From Octopus sinensis (Eukaryota): DNA of 11,330 nt. The notes below the pieces were generated by a model that did not search any database, was not told the origin of the DNA, and saw nothing but the letters and a program-made list of their open reading frames with translations. The stretch covers positions 1 through 11,330 of the forward strand of contig NW_021826968.1 in NCBI RefSeq assembly GCF_006345805.1, read 5' to 3'. Of the stretch, positions 8,421 to 11,330 are shown one piece after another. A program made the position numbers and the translations under genes. Position 1 is the first letter of the stretch. Each line of letters opens with the position of its first letter.

Positions 8421-8899
8421 ATAATGCCCAAGGCCCTCTACAGGGCCTTCGACTTAGAACGGAATTAGGAAATGTTTCCTGAAATTGGAAGCCTGACCTA
8501 AACGCTTGCCACAGATAGGACTCTACTACAGGCACATGCGACGCACGGCCGTAACAAAGATTAGGTAAGCTAGTAGAGATTAATTCTGCCCAGGCTACTA
8601 GGGAATATATTTAATTAATCCTTTTTTAATAACACCGCATAAAGCAACACAGCACCAACGTGCTAACAGAACCAACAATTGCCATTAGATGTTCTTGCTA
8701 CCATGTATAGAGTGGCAATGAATTACACACAATAGTCGTTAGATGTCTCGGGTCTATTAACTTCAATTTCTTCCTATTCATATGTTTTGTTTGTGTCTTT
8801 ATTATTTTTACATTCGAATATATTATCACCCGTAAGTCTTGATCATGATTATAATATACTGAATTTCTCGCATCATGCACAAATATACAAGGTATACAA

Positions 8900-9150
8900 G
8901 CCCAGTGACTTAAAGCTAAAGATCACCGAAGAAAAAAAACGCTAATGGTGAACTATTGGGAAATTTACAGATTCACATTTGGACTACGAAAATTATACCC
9001 GTAATTCTTGGGACACTTGGATATGTAACTAAACGCCTCAGCATCAAGTTTGATATGAGAGAATATTCTCAAAGCCACGAATGAGAAAGCTAATTAAAAG
9101 ACTATCGATGGAACAGTCAAAATATGTAAACCGTTCGGAAAGTTTAGCCT
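8900..9150 (+). mobile_element. 5'-truncated 3' end of an RLE-type non-LTR retrotransposon (R4/Dong-like), frameshifted
   Basis: Translation across frameshifts gives KLKITEEK / NGELLGNLQI..TTKIIPVILGTLGYVTKRL (from 8938) / MRKLIKRL / IDGTVKICKPFGKF (from 9104). This matches the C-terminal restriction-like endonuclease tail (IPIVIGALG ... GTVKICKTF) of R4/Dong-type elements as I recall it. Confidence 0.7.
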
Positions 9151-9424
9151 TTTATGTATAAATGCACGAGATTAAATATGCAATTATATATATACGAGTA
9201 TACATACATAAAGCAAAACATACGTATCTACACATGCACCTACTCAAAACACTTGCACATATGCACACGTACATGCATAATTAACTGCCCTGTTGATATT
9301 TTTCAAATTCCAAGAAAGAAGCTAGATCTTTTGATAAGGACTAGTTCTACATTCATTGGCGAGAGATCTAGAAATAAAGCAACCATGAACATTTGCATAC
9401 ATGCATGAATATATAATTGCACAG

Positions 9425-9525
9425 CCACACACACACACACAGACAAACGTACATACGTACGTACATAGAGAAATGTATACATATGTGTGTATGTATGTGT
9501 GTATGCGTGTGTGTGTATGTGTGTA
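9425..9525. repeat. (CA)n/(TACG)/(TG)n compound microsatellite
   Basis: Seen directly in the sequence. Confidence 0.9.
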
Positions 9526-9757
9526 ATATTGTATCCTATTCTTTGTAGTCGTTAAAACATTACAAATGCACAATATGGTTTCAATCATATTTCTTTCATT
9601 ATTGTTATCAAATAATACTATTTCATGTTTGTTGCGTACGAAAGCCTACACTGTACGACCTGGTAACTGGGATACAATTACGCAGACAATCATTATTGAG
9701 TACACATAGATGAAATACTAAAAGACGTTCATGTGAAATACGATATCATGTTATTTA

Positions 9758-9758
9758 A

Positions 9759-9846
<88 letters not shown>

Positions 9847-9927
9847 TGATAATGATAATAATAATAATGATAATGATAATAATAATGGCGATGGTGATGG
9901 AAATGACGATGATGTTAATGATTATGA
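9758..9927. repeat. (AAT)n trinucleotide repeat grading into (GAT/AAT/GGT)n
   Basis: Near-pure (AAT)n at about 9758-9843 with one interruption, then mixed GAT/AAT. This explains the poly-I/poly-L ORF 9755..9943. Confidence 0.97.
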
Positions 9928-10029
9928 TGCAAAAGAAATACAATAATTCAATATTGTTTGTGTTTTCAATAGCTGATACGACTATAATAATGCTTATTTG
10001 TTATATACACGCATATGGATAAGCATGTA

Positions 10030-10098
10030 TAAGTATATATATGTATATACATATATACTTGCATATACGTATATGCAATATATCTATTTACTTACATG

Positions 10099-10137
<39 letters not shown>

Positions 10138-10538
10138 GTATATATATATATATATATATGTATTTATTATATATATATGTATAGATATTATGTGTATATA
10201 TATGTGTTGTGTGTGTATCTATCAATTTATATATATGCATATATATATATGTAATTTATTTACTAATATATTTATATGTATATATATATATATTCATATA
10301 TTTATATTTATATATACTATATCTGTATATATATTTACTTATATATATACTATATATGTATGTATATATATTTACTTATTTATATATATGTACATATGTA
10401 TATGTATTTATTTACTTATGTATATATGCATATATATGTTTATATATATATATATACACACGTATTTATGTACATGTATAAATATGTATATATATATATA
10501 TATATATGTACATAACATATATGTGTGTGTGAATATAC

Positions 10539-10576
<38 letters not shown>

Positions 10577-10635
10577 ATGTATACATATATATATATACTC
10601 GCATATACTATATATATATATATATATATATACGT
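10030..10635. repeat. Long degenerate (TA)n/(TATG)n low-complexity tract with (TG)n
   Basis: Seen directly. It explains the four overlapping poly-YI ORFs starting between 10136 and 10525. Confidence 0.95.
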
Positions 10636-11102
10636 AAGCTCACAGAAATAACTTTCGATTACTCTTTAATTGTCAGAGAATGCACAATAATCAAAAGTAG
10701 AGCTAAGGTAATATAATTTAATATTCATGGAAGGTTGTACATGAAAATTACACTTGAAATTACAGTCTGAATATTAAAATATCTATACGATGTTGTAACA
10801 CAATGTCGTATTTTTAAGGCTACAGTAACAACTTAACACTTTTCTCCATTGCTACCGATCGAAACACGACACTATGACTGACTTAAATTCCTATATATAT
10901 ATTTCCGTATTAATATTCGTACTTTTTAGATGTATTGTGTGCATATATTTGTCTTCTGTATTATATTACATTATTTTAATTCTGTATTGTAGTTTTAGGC
11001 ATATTTTGTGTGTTAGAAAGTGGGTGGAGGATGATAGTATTAGAAATATTCCATATACGTATTTTTATACTAGGTTTTATCACTTAGATCTTCTACCCTA
11101 TC

Positions 11103-11176
11103 TCTTTCTCTCTCTCTCTCTCTTTATTCTCTCTATTTCACTATATACACATAACATGCATGCATTCTTGTATACA

Positions 11177-11207
<31 letters not shown>
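11103..11207. repeat. (TC)n and (TA)n microsatellites
   Basis: Seen directly: (TC)n at about 11103-11122 and (TA)n at 11181-11206. Confidence 0.95.
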
Positions 11208-11210
<3 letters not shown>

Positions 11211-11330
11211 TAGAAACGGTAAGATAACAGAAGAAAGCGACCTCAATATTATGTAAATAGAGGAATTTTCTCTGTCCAATAATATGTGCCAATTATTCGG
11301 TAGCCAAGATAAAACTCTGAGTTTCGCATG
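11208..11330. mobile_element. Possible further (TA)n-adjacent repeat element, cut off by the window edge
   Basis: Complex sequence starts abruptly after (TA)n. It ends with the palindrome AAACTC-T-GAGTTT (11312-11324), which on the minus strand reads CGAAACTCAGAGTT, like a hammerhead GAAA plus stem III. The rest would lie outside the window. Confidence 0.3.

Noticed and set aside
8495-8600. Short resemblances to 7SL/Alu on the minus strand (GTGCCTGTAGT, AGCCTGGGCA)
   Set aside because: The matches are only 10-11 nt, in the wrong order, and without the 7SL body. Chance is the likely explanation.
8-11292. ORF-track entries rich in YI, CV, LS, YLSI or poly-I/L (e.g. 8..355, 695..997, 1265..1825, 5833..6030, 6597..6884, 9755..9943, 10136..10651)
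   Set aside because: These are translations of microsatellites that happen to lack stop codons; they give no coding evidence.
1-11330. CRISPR arrays, rRNA, prokaryotic operons or terminators
   Set aside because: There is no repeat-spacer periodicity or rRNA motif, and the sequence is eukaryotic repeat-rich DNA.

Overview
This is AT-rich, microsatellite-saturated eukaryotic non-coding DNA (intronic or intergenic). The SINE family and repeat landscape resemble octopus or other coleoid cephalopod genomes as I recall them; this is not database-verified. I find no credible intact protein-coding gene. Most supplied ORFs are translations of simple repeats (poly-YI, CV, LS, I) and the rest are pieces of decayed elements or unassigned. 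The window is a patchwork of old mobile DNA: (1) a pogo/Tigger-type non-autonomous element (2029-2910) interrupted by a tRNA-derived SINE; (2) a second, inverted SINE copy (4327-4898) with a small element inserted in its internal (TA)n; (3) a ~690 bp DNA-element-like segment ending in a 41-bp near-perfect hairpin; (4) several short (TA)n-associated elements with decayed minimal hammerhead-ribozyme cores, suggesting a Penelope-like origin; (5) a decayed pogo/Tigger DDE transposase on the minus strand; (6) the 3' end of an RLE-type (R4/Dong-like) LINE. The most interesting signal is the cluster of hammerhead relics in short elements that end at the same TCTCCC|(TA)n junction. This most likely reflects a known class of biology (Penelope-derived or retrozyme-like elements) rather than a demonstrably new system.
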